Below are positions 25,453-34,855 of a stretch of DNA of 35,753 nt, piece by piece. Source of the DNA: Myxococcales bacterium (GTDB lineage: Bacteria; Myxococcota_A; UBA9042); NCBI GenBank assembly GCA_037441385.1, contig JBBISH010000062.1:1-35753 (forward strand). The letters run 5' to 3'. The position numbers were made by a program, and so were the translations under genes. Under the pieces are notes generated by a model. It was not told the DNA's origin and did no database searches. It saw only the letters and a list, made by a program, of their open reading frames with translations. Position 1 is the first letter of the stretch; each line of letters begins with the position of its first letter.

Positions 25453-28400
25453 ATGGCTACGTACCTGAATCTTGCGGCGGTGGCCGCGGCGGTGCCCGTG
25501 CGCGGTTGGCAGCGGGCGGTCCAGCTACCCCTGGGCGACTTTGTTGCCTTTTTGCCCGAGCGCTTTGCTCCTGGCGCCTATCTTCGGCAACTGGTGGCGA
25601 CGGGCACCTGTCCAGAGATCCAGGGCCTGCTGGAGCAACCCCTGTTGGCCCAGCAAATCCGCATGAAGCATGGCGTATCAGGCGAACAGCAGGTGGCGAC
25701 CTTGCTGAGCATGTGGCTGGACCGCAAGGCCTATAGCCCAGAGACGCAAGCCGGATCCGCGACCTTTCCAGCCAAATCCGCCACCGGAAAGGCCAAGGCG
25801 GAACGGCCGGCAAGCCCAGTTCGCGCCAACGGTTTGCGCCTTGGGATGAGTCGCCAGGACCTGGGGAAGTGGGTAGGCCAGGACCCCTTGCGCAATGCCG
25901 CTTGCGCCCTGACCGTGGCCAACTTGAACTTGCCCGCGGGCACGCCCCTGACCAGCAAGGGCTACATGGATTTCGACACGCGGCTGGGCGACGTCTTGGT
26001 CGAATTCGCGGGCAGAACGTACTACGGCGTGGCCACTCCGGCCGTGGTCGAGGCGGCGCTGCGCGTCCTGGGCGAGGCCGAGCGCGGCGATGCCCTAGTC
26101 CAAGAAGCCGACCAAGAAATCGCGGCCTTGCCGGTGCCCGCCGAAGCTGAGCTGGCCGCGCTCCACACCGGTCTGCTCGCCCGCCGTACCCAGCTCCGCG
26201 CCAACCACCTGCCGCGGCCGCGCCTGTTCAGTCGCCAGCACTTGGACAGCGTTCGCCTCGACGAACTGGTGCTCTCGATTTCGGACCCCGATTACGCGCG
26301 CTTTTGCCGCAAGCATGGCTACCAACTCAGTATTCTTGCTTGGAAGGCCAGCCTTGGCCAGTGGCGCCTGGACGCCCCAGGTGGGGACTGCCAGGGCGAT
26401 TGTGCCGTGGGCCTGGCGGCGATCGATACAGTGCTGCGCGCCCTGCAGAACCCCACGCCCACGCTCCGCAAGTTGGCGCACGCTCTGGTGACGCCGCCGT
26501 GGGCCCTGGCGCTGGAGCAGGTGGACGAGGTCCTGCAGGCGCACGACAAGCAGGCCGGGCAGGCCGAGCGCGAGGACCTGGGCTGGCGGGTGCACTTGAG
26601 CGATTTCCAGGTGACCTGCGAGCCGGTGTGGGTCGGCGTGGACCGCAAGGGTGCCCGACGCCTCAAGAAAGCCACCCTCAGCCGCCTGCGCGAGGACCCG
26701 CTGCAGTGCCCCAGCCAGGCCGACCGCGACTTGCTGGAGCTGCCGATTGCCGCGCGCGACCAGCAGCACCTGAGCGAGGCGGCGGGGCTCAAGGCCATGA
26801 GCTCGGTGCTGCGCGCCCTGGCGGGCCACCCGCGGCTGTTCTGGCCCGACGACCGCCCCATGCAAGTCCAGCTGGCGACGCTGCAACTCGCCCTGCGGCC
26901 GGCCCAAGCTGGTGTGCGCTGGCTGGTCCGGGTGGGCGACCGCGAGGTGGAGCTGGAACAAGGGCTGAACGTGCTGAGGCTTGGCCTGGACGACCTGGTG
27001 GTGCGGGGCGACACTGCCGTCCAGGTGGCCGCGGTCTCTGGAGCTCTGCGCAAAGTCCTGACGGCGCTGGGTAAACAGCCAGCGCTGCCGCCCGAGGCCC
27101 TGCCCGCGGTGCTGCAGCGGCTACCGCAGCTGACCAGGTTGGTGCCCGTCGAGGTGCCCGATGGGCTGCGCGGTCAGCGCGAGGCGGCCTCGACCCGGCC
27201 GGTGCTGCGCCTGGACGTGCTGCCGGACGGCACCCTGCAGATCGAGTCGCGGGTGCGGCCGCTGCTGGAGGGACCGCTGCTCGTCCCCGGCCAAGGCGGC
27301 GTGCAAGTCCATGGGCAACTGGCCGGAACGTCGACCTGGACCGAGCGCGACCTGGCAGCCGAACTCCAGGCCAGGGCGAACCTGTGGACCCAGCTGGAAT
27401 TACCGGCCTGTGAACCGGCGGACCCGGCGTTTCTGCCCCTGGAATTGGGTCTGGACGTGACCACCCGGCTACAGGCCCTGGATAGCGAGCAAGTGCTGGT
27501 GTTGTGGGCCAAAGAGCGCCGTCAGACCCGCCTGGCCGACACCCAGCACCTGCGAGTGGAATTGCGCGACCGCATCGACTGGTTCGGCGTGGGCGGCACC
27601 GTACAAGTGGGCGATGCACAAGTGGATCTGGCCGAGGTGCTGCAGGCCGTGCGCGACCGGCGTCAGTACGTGCAGGTGGGCGGGCAGCTATGGCTGCAGC
27701 TCAGCGAAGAGCTGCGCAAAAAGCTGGAGCGCGCAGCCGACGCCGTGGCCAGCGACCGCAGCGGGCTGGTGTTGTCGCCCCTGCAGGCCGACGCGTTGGA
27801 CGGGCTGGTCGACCTCCGTGGGGCGCCACAGCGCTGGCAGCAGGCCCTGCAGAACATGCGGACGGCCGGGCAGTTGCCGGTCAGCGTGCCGGCCGGCCTG
27901 CAGGCGACCTTGCGCCACTACCAGCAAGAGGGCGTGCACTGGCTGCTGCGGCTGGCGGCGTGGGCGCCAGGGGCGGTGTTGGCTGATGACATGGGCCTGG
28001 GCAAGACCCTGCAAGCCCTGGCGTTGCTTCTGGATCGCCGCGACCGCGGGCCGGCGCTGGTGGTGGCGCCCACCTCGGTAGAGGCGAACTGGCTGCGCGA
28101 GGCGGCGACTTTTGCACCCGGCTTGAAGTGCACCTCGCTGCGACAATCGGCGCGCAAGCAGGGTGTGGCGGTGCAGGCCGGCGAGGTGCTGGTGGTCAGC
28201 TACGACCTGCTGGTCCGCAATGCCGAGGCGCTGTCTGCCATTGCGTGGGCGACCTTGGTGTGCGACGAGGCTCAGGCCATCAAGAACAGCACCACCCAAC
28301 GCTTCAAGGCGGTGATGGGGCTGGAGGCCGAGTTTCGCCTAGGCCTGACAGGCACCCCGGTCGAGAACCACACCGGCGAGCTGTGGGCGATTTTTACCGC

Positions 28401-29280
28401 GGTGGTGCCGGGTTTGCTGGGGCCGTGGGCGGTGTTTCAGCAGCGCTTTGCCGCGCCCATCGAGCGCGATGGCGATGCCCAGGCGCGGGCCGCCCTGGCG
28501 CGGGTGCTGCGGCCGTTCCTGCTTCGTCGCCTGAAAGCGCAGGTTGCTCAGGACCTTCCGCCGCGCACCGAGGTGCGGGTCGATGTCGAGCCGTCGCCGG
28601 CCGAGCGGGCCCTGTACCAACAGGTGCGGACCGACGCGCTGCTGGAGCTGGAGGCACTGAAGCAAATCGAGCCGCAGAACAAGCGCTTCCAAGTGCTGGC
28701 CGCCATTACCCGGCTGCGGCAAGTGGCGTGCCACCCGCGGCTGCTGGACGATGCATCGGCCGTGCCGTCGGCCAAGCTGGCCCACGTGCTCGACTTGCTG
28801 AGTGAACTGCGCGAGGAAGGGCACCGCGCGCTGGTGTTTTCGCAGTTCGTCCGCCACCTGGCCTTGTTGCGCGAACAGTTGGACAAGCTGGGCGTGCCCT
28901 ACCGCTACCTGGATGGCGGCACGCCGGAGCCGCAGCGGCGCAAAGAAGTCGCGGCCTTTCAGAAGGGCGAGGGCGACGTGTTCCTCATCTCGCTCAAGGC
29001 CGGCGGCACGGGGCTGAACTTGACCGGCGCCGACTACGTTTTGCACTTGGATCCGTGGTGGAACCCCGCCGTGGAGGATCAGGCCACGGACCGCGCCCAC
29101 CGCATTGGTCAGGCGCGGCCGGTGACGGTCTATCGGCTGGTGGCCAGTGGCACCATCGAAGAGTCGATCCTGGCCCTGCACCAGCGAAAACGCGAGCTGG
29201 TGGCGGGGTTGCTCGAGGGCACGGGCGAGGCCAGCCAACTCACCACCGAACAGTTGGTGGACCTTCTGCGCGGGGCGTAG
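25453..29280 (+). CDS. SNF2-family helicase/ATPase
   Basis: LRHYQQEG, LADDMGLGKT, DEAQ, TGTPVEN, LVFSQF, SLKAGGTGLNLT and WWNPAVEDQATDRAHRIGQ. Confidence 0.95.
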   Translation: MATYLNLAAVAAAVPVRGWQRAVQLPLGDFVAFLPERFAPGAYLRQLVATGTCPEIQGLLEQPLLAQQIRMKHGVSGEQQVATLLSMWLDRKAYSPETQAGSATFPAKSATGKAKAERPASPVRANGLRLGMSRQDLGKWVGQDPLRNAACALTVANLNLPAGTPLTSKGYMDFDTRLGDVLVEFAGRTYYGVATPAVVEAALRVLGEAERGDALVQEADQEIAALPVPAEAELAALHTGLLARRTQLRANHLPRPRLFSRQHLDSVRLDELVLSISDPDYARFCRKHGYQLSILAWKASLGQWRLDAPGGDCQGDCAVGLAAIDTVLRALQNPTPTLRKLAHALVTPPWALALEQVDEVLQAHDKQAGQAEREDLGWRVHLSDFQVTCEPVWVGVDRKGARRLKKATLSRLREDPLQCPSQADRDLLELPIAARDQQHLSEAAGLKAMSSVLRALAGHPRLFWPDDRPMQVQLATLQLALRPAQAGVRWLVRVGDREVELEQGLNVLRLGLDDLVVRGDTAVQVAAVSGALRKVLTALGKQPALPPEALPAVLQRLPQLTRLVPVEVPDGLRGQREAASTRPVLRLDVLPDGTLQIESRVRPLLEGPLLVPGQGGVQVHGQLAGTSTWTERDLAAELQARANLWTQLELPACEPADPAFLPLELGLDVTTRLQALDSEQVLVLWAKERRQTRLADTQHLRVELRDRIDWFGVGGTVQVGDAQVDLAEVLQAVRDRRQYVQVGGQLWLQLSEELRKKLERAADAVASDRSGLVLSPLQADALDGLVDLRGAPQRWQQALQNMRTAGQLPVSVPAGLQATLRHYQQEGVHWLLRLAAWAPGAVLADDMGLGKTLQALALLLDRRDRGPALVVAPTSVEANWLREAATFAPGLKCTSLRQSARKQGVAVQAGEVLVVSYDLLVRNAEALSAIAWATLVCDEAQAIKNSTTQRFKAVMGLEAEFRLGLTGTPVENHTGELWAIFTAVVPGLLGPWAVFQQRFAAPIERDGDAQARAALARVLRPFLLRRLKAQVAQDLPPRTEVRVDVEPSPAERALYQQVRTDALLELEALKQIEPQNKRFQVLAAITRLRQVACHPRLLDDASAVPSAKLAHVLDLLSELREEGHRALVFSQFVRHLALLREQLDKLGVPYRYLDGGTPEPQRRKEVAAFQKGEGDVFLISLKAGGTGLNLTGADYVLHLDPWWNPAVEDQATDRAHRIGQARPVTVYRLVASGTIEESILALHQRKRELVAGLLEGTGEASQLTTEQLVDLLRGA

Positions 29281-29453
29281 GGCTCAACCTGCTGCTATGC
29301 CAAGGCCTTGAGCGTCCATGCTGCGAGCCGTGCGCTCAGCGGCCTTGGCTGCCCGATGCGCCGTGCCACGGCTTGGCGGTGCGGTCGAATGGCAGTACGC
29401 TCGCCCAACGTTGACCGGCTCAAGAGGGCCGCGCTGGCGTGGCGAGGAGCGGC

Positions 29454-29981
29454 ATGGCAACGCGCGCGGACTTCCCCAGTGGCGAGCCCGAAATGAGCTT
29501 GCGCCATCGGCAATCAGCGGCCGGTCTCACGCTTGGGATCGGCGTTGCCTTGCTGGCAATGGCCGGCATGTTGCTGGCAGGTCTGTGGCCGCAGTTGGGC
29601 GTCGCACACCCGGTCGCCGTGGTTGCGCTCGCGCTGCTGCCGGGCCTGCCAGGCCTGCTGGCTGCGAACTACGGTTGGCGCATGTGGAACGAGCCGGCGC
29701 TGTACTTGTGGCGCGACGGGAGCCTGGCGGTCGCGTCGCTAGTGGGCTGGCGGGTCATGCGCCGCGAGGGGCTCGAGTGCTACGAGGTGCACCGCCGGCC
29801 GCGCGAAAACTACAGCGATCCGCCCATCATCGTGTACCTCGTGTTCCCAAAGGGGTGGCTGACGCCGCTCGAACTGGGCCTGGCGCAGCTGGACCCCGTG
29901 GATGCCCAGGCGGTAGACGCGTGGATCACCCGTTGCCTGCCCGAGCGCACGGTCGGGGTGGTGCAGCGGTGGCTGCAGTAA
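29454..29981 (+). CDS. Hypothetical membrane protein
   Basis: GAGGAG before ATG 29454 (alternative start 29493); two TM helices then a soluble domain. Confidence 0.7.
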   Translation: MATRADFPSGEPEMSLRHRQSAAGLTLGIGVALLAMAGMLLAGLWPQLGVAHPVAVVALALLPGLPGLLAANYGWRMWNEPALYLWRDGSLAVASLVGWRVMRREGLECYEVHRRPRENYSDPPIIVYLVFPKGWLTPLELGLAQLDPVDAQAVDAWITRCLPERTVGVVQRWLQ

Positions 29982-30089
29982 CGTCGGATCCGTTCCGATC
30001 GGGTCGAAAGACTCGGCAATTCTTGGGGCACGAATCGGGGCCGGAAAATGCCCGGAGTTCTAGAGCCGATGCAAATGGAGGTCCCATGA
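29979..30089. repeat. Repeat family B, two degenerate left halves in opposite orientation
   Basis: 29979-30040 aligns ungapped to the first 62 nt of the consensus. 30037-30089 aligns to the reverse complement of the first 53 nt at about 60% identity and is closer to the 10706 fragment. Confidence 0.7.
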
Positions 30090-30655
30090 CTCGCTTTACC
30101 TTGTTCTTGGCCGTCGTCTTGGCCGTCGTCTTGGCTGCGACGACGTTCCTGGGTGGCCACACCTTTGCAGCCGACCCGCAACCGGCCAGGGATCTGGTCG
30201 TCCAATCCGGCGGCAAGGATATCGCCATCAAATACCAGCCGCTTGGTCGCGAAATCACCGCTGCCGACAGGAAGGCGGGCAACCAAGCTAGTGCCCTGGG
30301 CTGTTCCTTCCTGCTGTACGACCTGCTGGCGCGCGGCGACATCGCTGCGGCGGCGCGTCTGAGCGGCAACCCGCAGGCGGCTTCTGCCACGTGGACTCGC
30401 TACCGCGACCGGCTGGGCGATGCGGGTTTCCGCAAGGAGATGTCTGCCTATTTCACCTCGAAGAATGTGGTCGTCGCCGAGCTGGCGCTCGAGGACGAGC
30501 GCATGCTGTTGGTGCAAACGCCCAACTACCTGGCCAGCCAGTTCTACCACAAGGCGGGGGACAAGTTTACGGCGACGGAGATGCCTACCACGGAGGCCGC
30601 CAAGACCTTGGGCAAGGCGTTTGGCCTGATCCGCGAAGGCAAGCTCAAGCCTTGA
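30086..30655 (+). CDS. Hypothetical secreted protein
   Basis: GGAGG RBS; signal peptide MTRFTLFLAVVLAVVLAA (contains a 12-bp duplication); good codon usage. Confidence 0.8.
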   Translation: MTRFTLFLAVVLAVVLAATTFLGGHTFAADPQPARDLVVQSGGKDIAIKYQPLGREITAADRKAGNQASALGCSFLLYDLLARGDIAAAARLSGNPQAASATWTRYRDRLGDAGFRKEMSAYFTSKNVVVAELALEDERMLLVQTPNYLASQFYHKAGDKFTATEMPTTEAAKTLGKAFGLIREGKLKP

Positions 30656-30663
30656 GCCGCTAG

Positions 30664-30801
30664 TGATACCAGTTCCGTCCGAATCGGATCGAAAACTCGT
30701 GCAATTCTCCGGGCCCGAACCGGGGTCCCCGCCTGATTCTCGCCAGTTGCAGAACGGGTCAGAAAAGCCGTACAGGCGCGAATCAGGTGGGGTGCGTATG
30801 A
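30664..30801 (+). repeat. Repeat family B, full copy (138 bp)
   Basis: TGATACCAGTTCC...GGTGCGTATGA with internal stem CCCCGCCTGATTCtCGCC / GGCGcGAATCAGGTGGGG. Confidence 0.95.
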
Positions 30802-30849
30802 GCGGATCAATTTAGCCTTTCTCCGCACATTCGAGTCGTCGTCGGCGGA

Positions 30850-33800
30850 CTACATCAGCGGGTCTTTGACGCACACGCCGTCCAAGCACGTGGGCAGGCA
30901 GTACATGATCGGGATCTTGCTGCACAAGTACTTGACGCCGCACGACTTGCCGTTCAAGTTCGTGTAGACGCAGCCCAACGCTGGATCGCAGGCGTCGCCG
31001 GTGCAGACGTTGCTGTCGTTGCAGTTCACCGTCGTGCCCACGCAGGCTCCGCTGCTGCAGGTGTCGCCCGTAGTGCAGGCGCTGCCGTCATTGCAGGCCA
31101 GGGTGTTGTTGGCGTACACGCACAGGCCCGTTGCGCTGTTGCAGCTGTCGTTGGTGCAGGGGTTGCCGTCGTTGCACAGGGCCTGGACGCCGCCGTAGCA
31201 CTGGCCCAACTTGCAGGTGTCTTTGAGTGTGCAACCGTTGCCGTCGTTGCAGGCCGCGGCATTGGCGGTGTAGATGCAGTTGCCGGTGGCCTTGTCGCAG
31301 CTGTCGTCGGTGCACACGTTGCCGTCGTTGCAGAGCGTGGGCACGCCCGGAATGCATTTGCCCAGGACGCACAAGTCAGCGACCGTGCAGGCATCGCCGT
31401 CGTTGCAGAGCAGGGCGTTGTTCGTGTGGCTGCACGCGCCGGTGGCTACGTCGCAACTGTCGTTGGTGCAACCGTTCTGGTCGTCGCAGTTGACTGGCGG
31501 CCCGGCCGCGCACGCGCCGTTTTGGCACGCGTCGTTGGCGGTGCACGCGTTGCCGTCGCTGCAGGGGCCAGCCGCTGCTGCGGATTTGCAGGTGCCGGTG
31601 GCCGTGTCGCAGCTGTCGCTGGTGCAGACGTTGCCGTCGTCGCAAATCACCGCTTTGCCTACGCATTTGCCGGCGCTGCTGCAAGTGTCGCCCGTGGTGC
31701 AGGCGCTGGCGTCGCTGCAGGCGGCGCCGGTGTTGGCGGGGTAGCTGCAGGCGCCCGTGCTGCCACATTGGTCCAGTGTGCAGGGGTTGTTGTCGTTGCA
31801 TACCACGGCGGTGCCTGCGCAAGTGCCTGTGCTGCTGCAGGTATCGCTGGCGGTGCACGGGTTGCCGTCGTCGCACGCTTTGCCCGTCGCCACTTTGTTT
31901 TGGCACTGGTAGGTGGTGCCGACCAACGCACAGCTGTCGTCCGTGCACGGCTTGTTGTCGTTGCAGTCCTTGGCGCCGGTGGCGACCGTACAGCTGCAAG
32001 TCCAGGTTCCGCCCGCACAAACACCGCTCGCACACTTGTCGCCGCTGGTGCAGGCCTGGCCGTCGTCGCAGGGGGTGCCGCCAGCGAGCGCCGTCAGCTT
32101 GCAGGCGCCCGAGGCCGGGTCGCAGGTGCTGCTGTTGCACGCGTCGCCGGTGCACTTGACGGCGCTGGTTGTCGCGCACGCCCCGGCTTTGCAGGCGTCG
32201 CCCAGCGTGCAGGGATTGCCGTCGCTGCAGGCCGTGCCGTCGGCCAGGTTGGTCAGGACGCACTGGCCGGTGGCGCTGTCGCACGCCGCGGCATGGCACG
32301 CATCTCCGCTGCAGACCTTGGGATTGGTGCCCGCGCACGCGCCGCTGCCGTTGCAGGTGTCGAGCTGGGTGCACGCGTTGCCGTCGTCGCACGGGCTGCC
32401 GCTGCCGGCCAGGCTGGACTTGCAGCCTTGGCTGGCCTCGTTGCATTGGGCGGGGGCGCAGGCCGTGCCTTGGCAGGTCATCGGGGCGCCGCTGGCGCAG
32501 CCGCCCTGGCCGTCGCAGTGGTCGCCCTGGGTGCAGGTCAGGCCGTCTGAGCAGGGGGTAGAGATCGACTTGGCCGTGCTGATGCATTGCTTGGCGTTTT
32601 CGCTACAACTGCCCTTGGTGCAGGCGCTTTCCAGGGTGCTGCAGTCGACCTGGCTGCCTCCCTTGCAGGTGCCCTGGCCGTCGCAGGCGTCGCCGGCGGT
32701 GCAGAATAGGCCGTCGCTGCATCCGCTGCCGGCGGTCTTGGGCTTCTTGTCGCAGACAAAGCTGCTCGCGCCAGTCGACGTGCAACTGCCCGTCGCACAG
32801 TCGCTGTTGGCCGCCGAGCAGTCGGGCGCTTTGCCCGCCATGCACGCGCCAGCCAGGCACGCGTCGCCTTGGGTGCAGCCACTGTCGTCGGCGTTGCAGG
32901 CGGTGCCGTCGGTCTTGGGGGTGGTGGTGCACTGCCCGCTCGCTGGGTTGCAGGCCGCAACGGCACAGGGCCCAGGAGCCGGACAGTCGACGGGGGCGTT
33001 GCCACTGACGCAGGCGCCCAACTGGCACTGGCCCGAGCCCGGTTTCTGGCACTTGTCGCCGGTGTCGCAGCTCTGGCCGTTGGCGACGGGGCCCACCGTG
33101 CAAGTGCCTGATTTGCAGGTGTCTTGCGTGCACGGGTTGTTGTCGTTGCAGTCCGCGTCGCCTTTGCATGCGCAGGTGTAGGTGGCGCTGCATTGGCCGC
33201 CCTTGCAGGCCGTGGTGGTGCACGGGTCGCCGTCGTCGCAGGTGGCGGCGTCGTCGGCGGGGAATTGGCAGCCTTTGGTGGCGTCGCATTTGGCGCCGGT
33301 GCACGGGTTGCCGTCGTCGCACAGCGCGGTGGTGGCGGCGTGGTTGCAGGCCCCGTCTGCGCCGCAGCTGTCTACCGTGCAGGCGACACCGTCGTCGCAG
33401 TCGACCTTGTTGCCCAGGCAGACGCCGCCCTGGCACGCGTCGCCGGCGGTGCAGGGGTTGCCGTCGCTGCAAATGCCGGTGCTGGGGGCGGCCTGGCACC
33501 CCAAGACAGGGTCGCAACTGTCGGATGTGCAGGGATTCTTGTCGTCGCAGTTGGCCGGTTGGGCGCCTACGCACGCGCCGCCCTTGCACGAACTGCTCTG
33601 GGTGCAGGCGTTGCCATCGTTGCACGGGCTCCCGTCGGCGCTGGCGGTGGTCGTGCACTGGCCGCTCGCGGGGTTGCAGGTCACTGGCGCGCACGCGGTC
33701 GACCCGCTGCAGGCCATGGCCAGCGTCGGGTCCGCTTTGCAGAAGCCGGCTTGGCAGGTCAGGGGGCCCAAGCACTTGTTGCCGCCCGCGCTGGCGCAGT

Positions 33801-34737
33801 CGGCGTCGGTCTGGCAGCCGCAGCTGGCCGTGCCGCCGCAGGCGCCGTTTGTGCAAGTGTCACTGGCGGTGCAGGAATTGCCGTCGTCGCACGGCGAACC
33901 CGACGCAGCAGTGTGGGTGCAGCCCACAGCCAGGTCGCAGCCGTCGCCGCTGCACGGGTTGCCGTCGTCGCACAGAGCGGGGTTGGCCGAGTGCGTGCAG
34001 CCGCCTTTGGTGTCACAGCTGTCGGCGGTGCAGTCGATCAGGTCGTCGCAGCTCAGGATTTTGCCTGCGCATTTGCCCGCGGTGCAGCTGTCGCTGCCGG
34101 TGCAAGCGTCGCCGTCGTCGCAGGCGAGCTGCGGATCGGTGATGGGCTCGTGCACGACTTTGACGCCCTGGTCGCAGTAGTCCTTGGTGCAGGGGTTGCC
34201 GTCCTCGTAGTCGGCGCCGCTGGCGGAAATGCACTGACCGCTGGTGCACTTTTGGCCGCACGTGCCCACGCCGCAGGCGGTGCCGTCCTTGACGGGCGTG
34301 GCGACGCACGCGGCGGTCTCGTCGCAGCGCGGCTGAGCGCAGTCGGTGGCCTGAATTCCTGGGCTTTTGCATGGGGATCCGGCTACTTGCGGCTGCAGAA
34401 CGCACAGCCCCTTGACGCAACGAGGCAGGGTACAGGCGGTCTTGCCCGGCAGGTCGGCGCAGTCAAAATCCGTGATGCACTCGTTGCCCTGCGGGGCATC
34501 GTCGCCCGGCACATCTTGAGTCCCCGTGCCGTCTTGCTGCGCGTCGGCGTGGGGGGTGAATGCGTCGCCGGCGGCATCGCCTTCTGGGGCATCCGCGCCC
34601 AAGGCGGTTTCGCTACCCAGGTCACTGGGATTGTTGGCGCCCGCGATCACCACCTGGCCGCAGCCCGCCCCGCTGGCAGCCATGACCAAGGCTAGGAGCA
34701 GCCCTGCGAGCGCTGCCCGGTGAATCGTGTTGGTCAT
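30850..34737 (-). CDS. Very large cysteine-rich repeat lipoprotein (~1295 aa)
   Basis: GGGGAG RBS, MTNTIHRAALAGLLLALVMAASGAGC lipobox, acidic linker, then dozens of CxDxNxCTxDxC (Dictyostelium CTDC-like) repeats to the C-terminus. Confidence 0.92.
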   Translation of the reverse strand: MTNTIHRAALAGLLLALVMAASGAGCGQVVIAGANNPSDLGSETALGADAPEGDAAGDAFTPHADAQQDGTGTQDVPGDDAPQGNECITDFDCADLPGKTACTLPRCVKGLCVLQPQVAGSPCKSPGIQATDCAQPRCDETAACVATPVKDGTACGVGTCGQKCTSGQCISASGADYEDGNPCTKDYCDQGVKVVHEPITDPQLACDDGDACTGSDSCTAGKCAGKILSCDDLIDCTADSCDTKGGCTHSANPALCDDGNPCSGDGCDLAVGCTHTAASGSPCDDGNSCTASDTCTNGACGGTASCGCQTDADCASAGGNKCLGPLTCQAGFCKADPTLAMACSGSTACAPVTCNPASGQCTTTASADGSPCNDGNACTQSSSCKGGACVGAQPANCDDKNPCTSDSCDPVLGCQAAPSTGICSDGNPCTAGDACQGGVCLGNKVDCDDGVACTVDSCGADGACNHAATTALCDDGNPCTGAKCDATKGCQFPADDAATCDDGDPCTTTACKGGQCSATYTCACKGDADCNDNNPCTQDTCKSGTCTVGPVANGQSCDTGDKCQKPGSGQCQLGACVSGNAPVDCPAPGPCAVAACNPASGQCTTTPKTDGTACNADDSGCTQGDACLAGACMAGKAPDCSAANSDCATGSCTSTGASSFVCDKKPKTAGSGCSDGLFCTAGDACDGQGTCKGGSQVDCSTLESACTKGSCSENAKQCISTAKSISTPCSDGLTCTQGDHCDGQGGCASGAPMTCQGTACAPAQCNEASQGCKSSLAGSGSPCDDGNACTQLDTCNGSGACAGTNPKVCSGDACHAAACDSATGQCVLTNLADGTACSDGNPCTLGDACKAGACATTSAVKCTGDACNSSTCDPASGACKLTALAGGTPCDDGQACTSGDKCASGVCAGGTWTCSCTVATGAKDCNDNKPCTDDSCALVGTTYQCQNKVATGKACDDGNPCTASDTCSSTGTCAGTAVVCNDNNPCTLDQCGSTGACSYPANTGAACSDASACTTGDTCSSAGKCVGKAVICDDGNVCTSDSCDTATGTCKSAAAAGPCSDGNACTANDACQNGACAAGPPVNCDDQNGCTNDSCDVATGACSHTNNALLCNDGDACTVADLCVLGKCIPGVPTLCNDGNVCTDDSCDKATGNCIYTANAAACNDGNGCTLKDTCKLGQCYGGVQALCNDGNPCTNDSCNSATGLCVYANNTLACNDGSACTTGDTCSSGACVGTTVNCNDSNVCTGDACDPALGCVYTNLNGKSCGVKYLCSKIPIMYCLPTCLDGVCVKDPLM

Positions 34738-34855
34738 GAACTCCCCGATTGCATCGGCCGTGTCGCCGCACCCATGCTGCGCATGTTCGCGAATTCCGCT
34801 CGGTAGATCCAGTGCTCGCACCTACCCGCTTGGCCTGGGGCGGGCCTGGGTTGCC

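Noticed and set aside
25453..29280. SNF2 gene as part of an anti-phage defence system
   Set aside because: No methylase, nuclease or other defence partner genes are adjacent.
8414..30801. Repeat B as integron attC sites
   Set aside because: No RYYYAAC...GTTRRRY boxes, mixed orientations, and no integrase.
31001..34695. Long plus-strand ORFs with repetitive VQALPSLQ/HGLPSSQ motifs (also at 3-2081)
   Set aside because: Antisense reading of the Cys-rich repeat genes.
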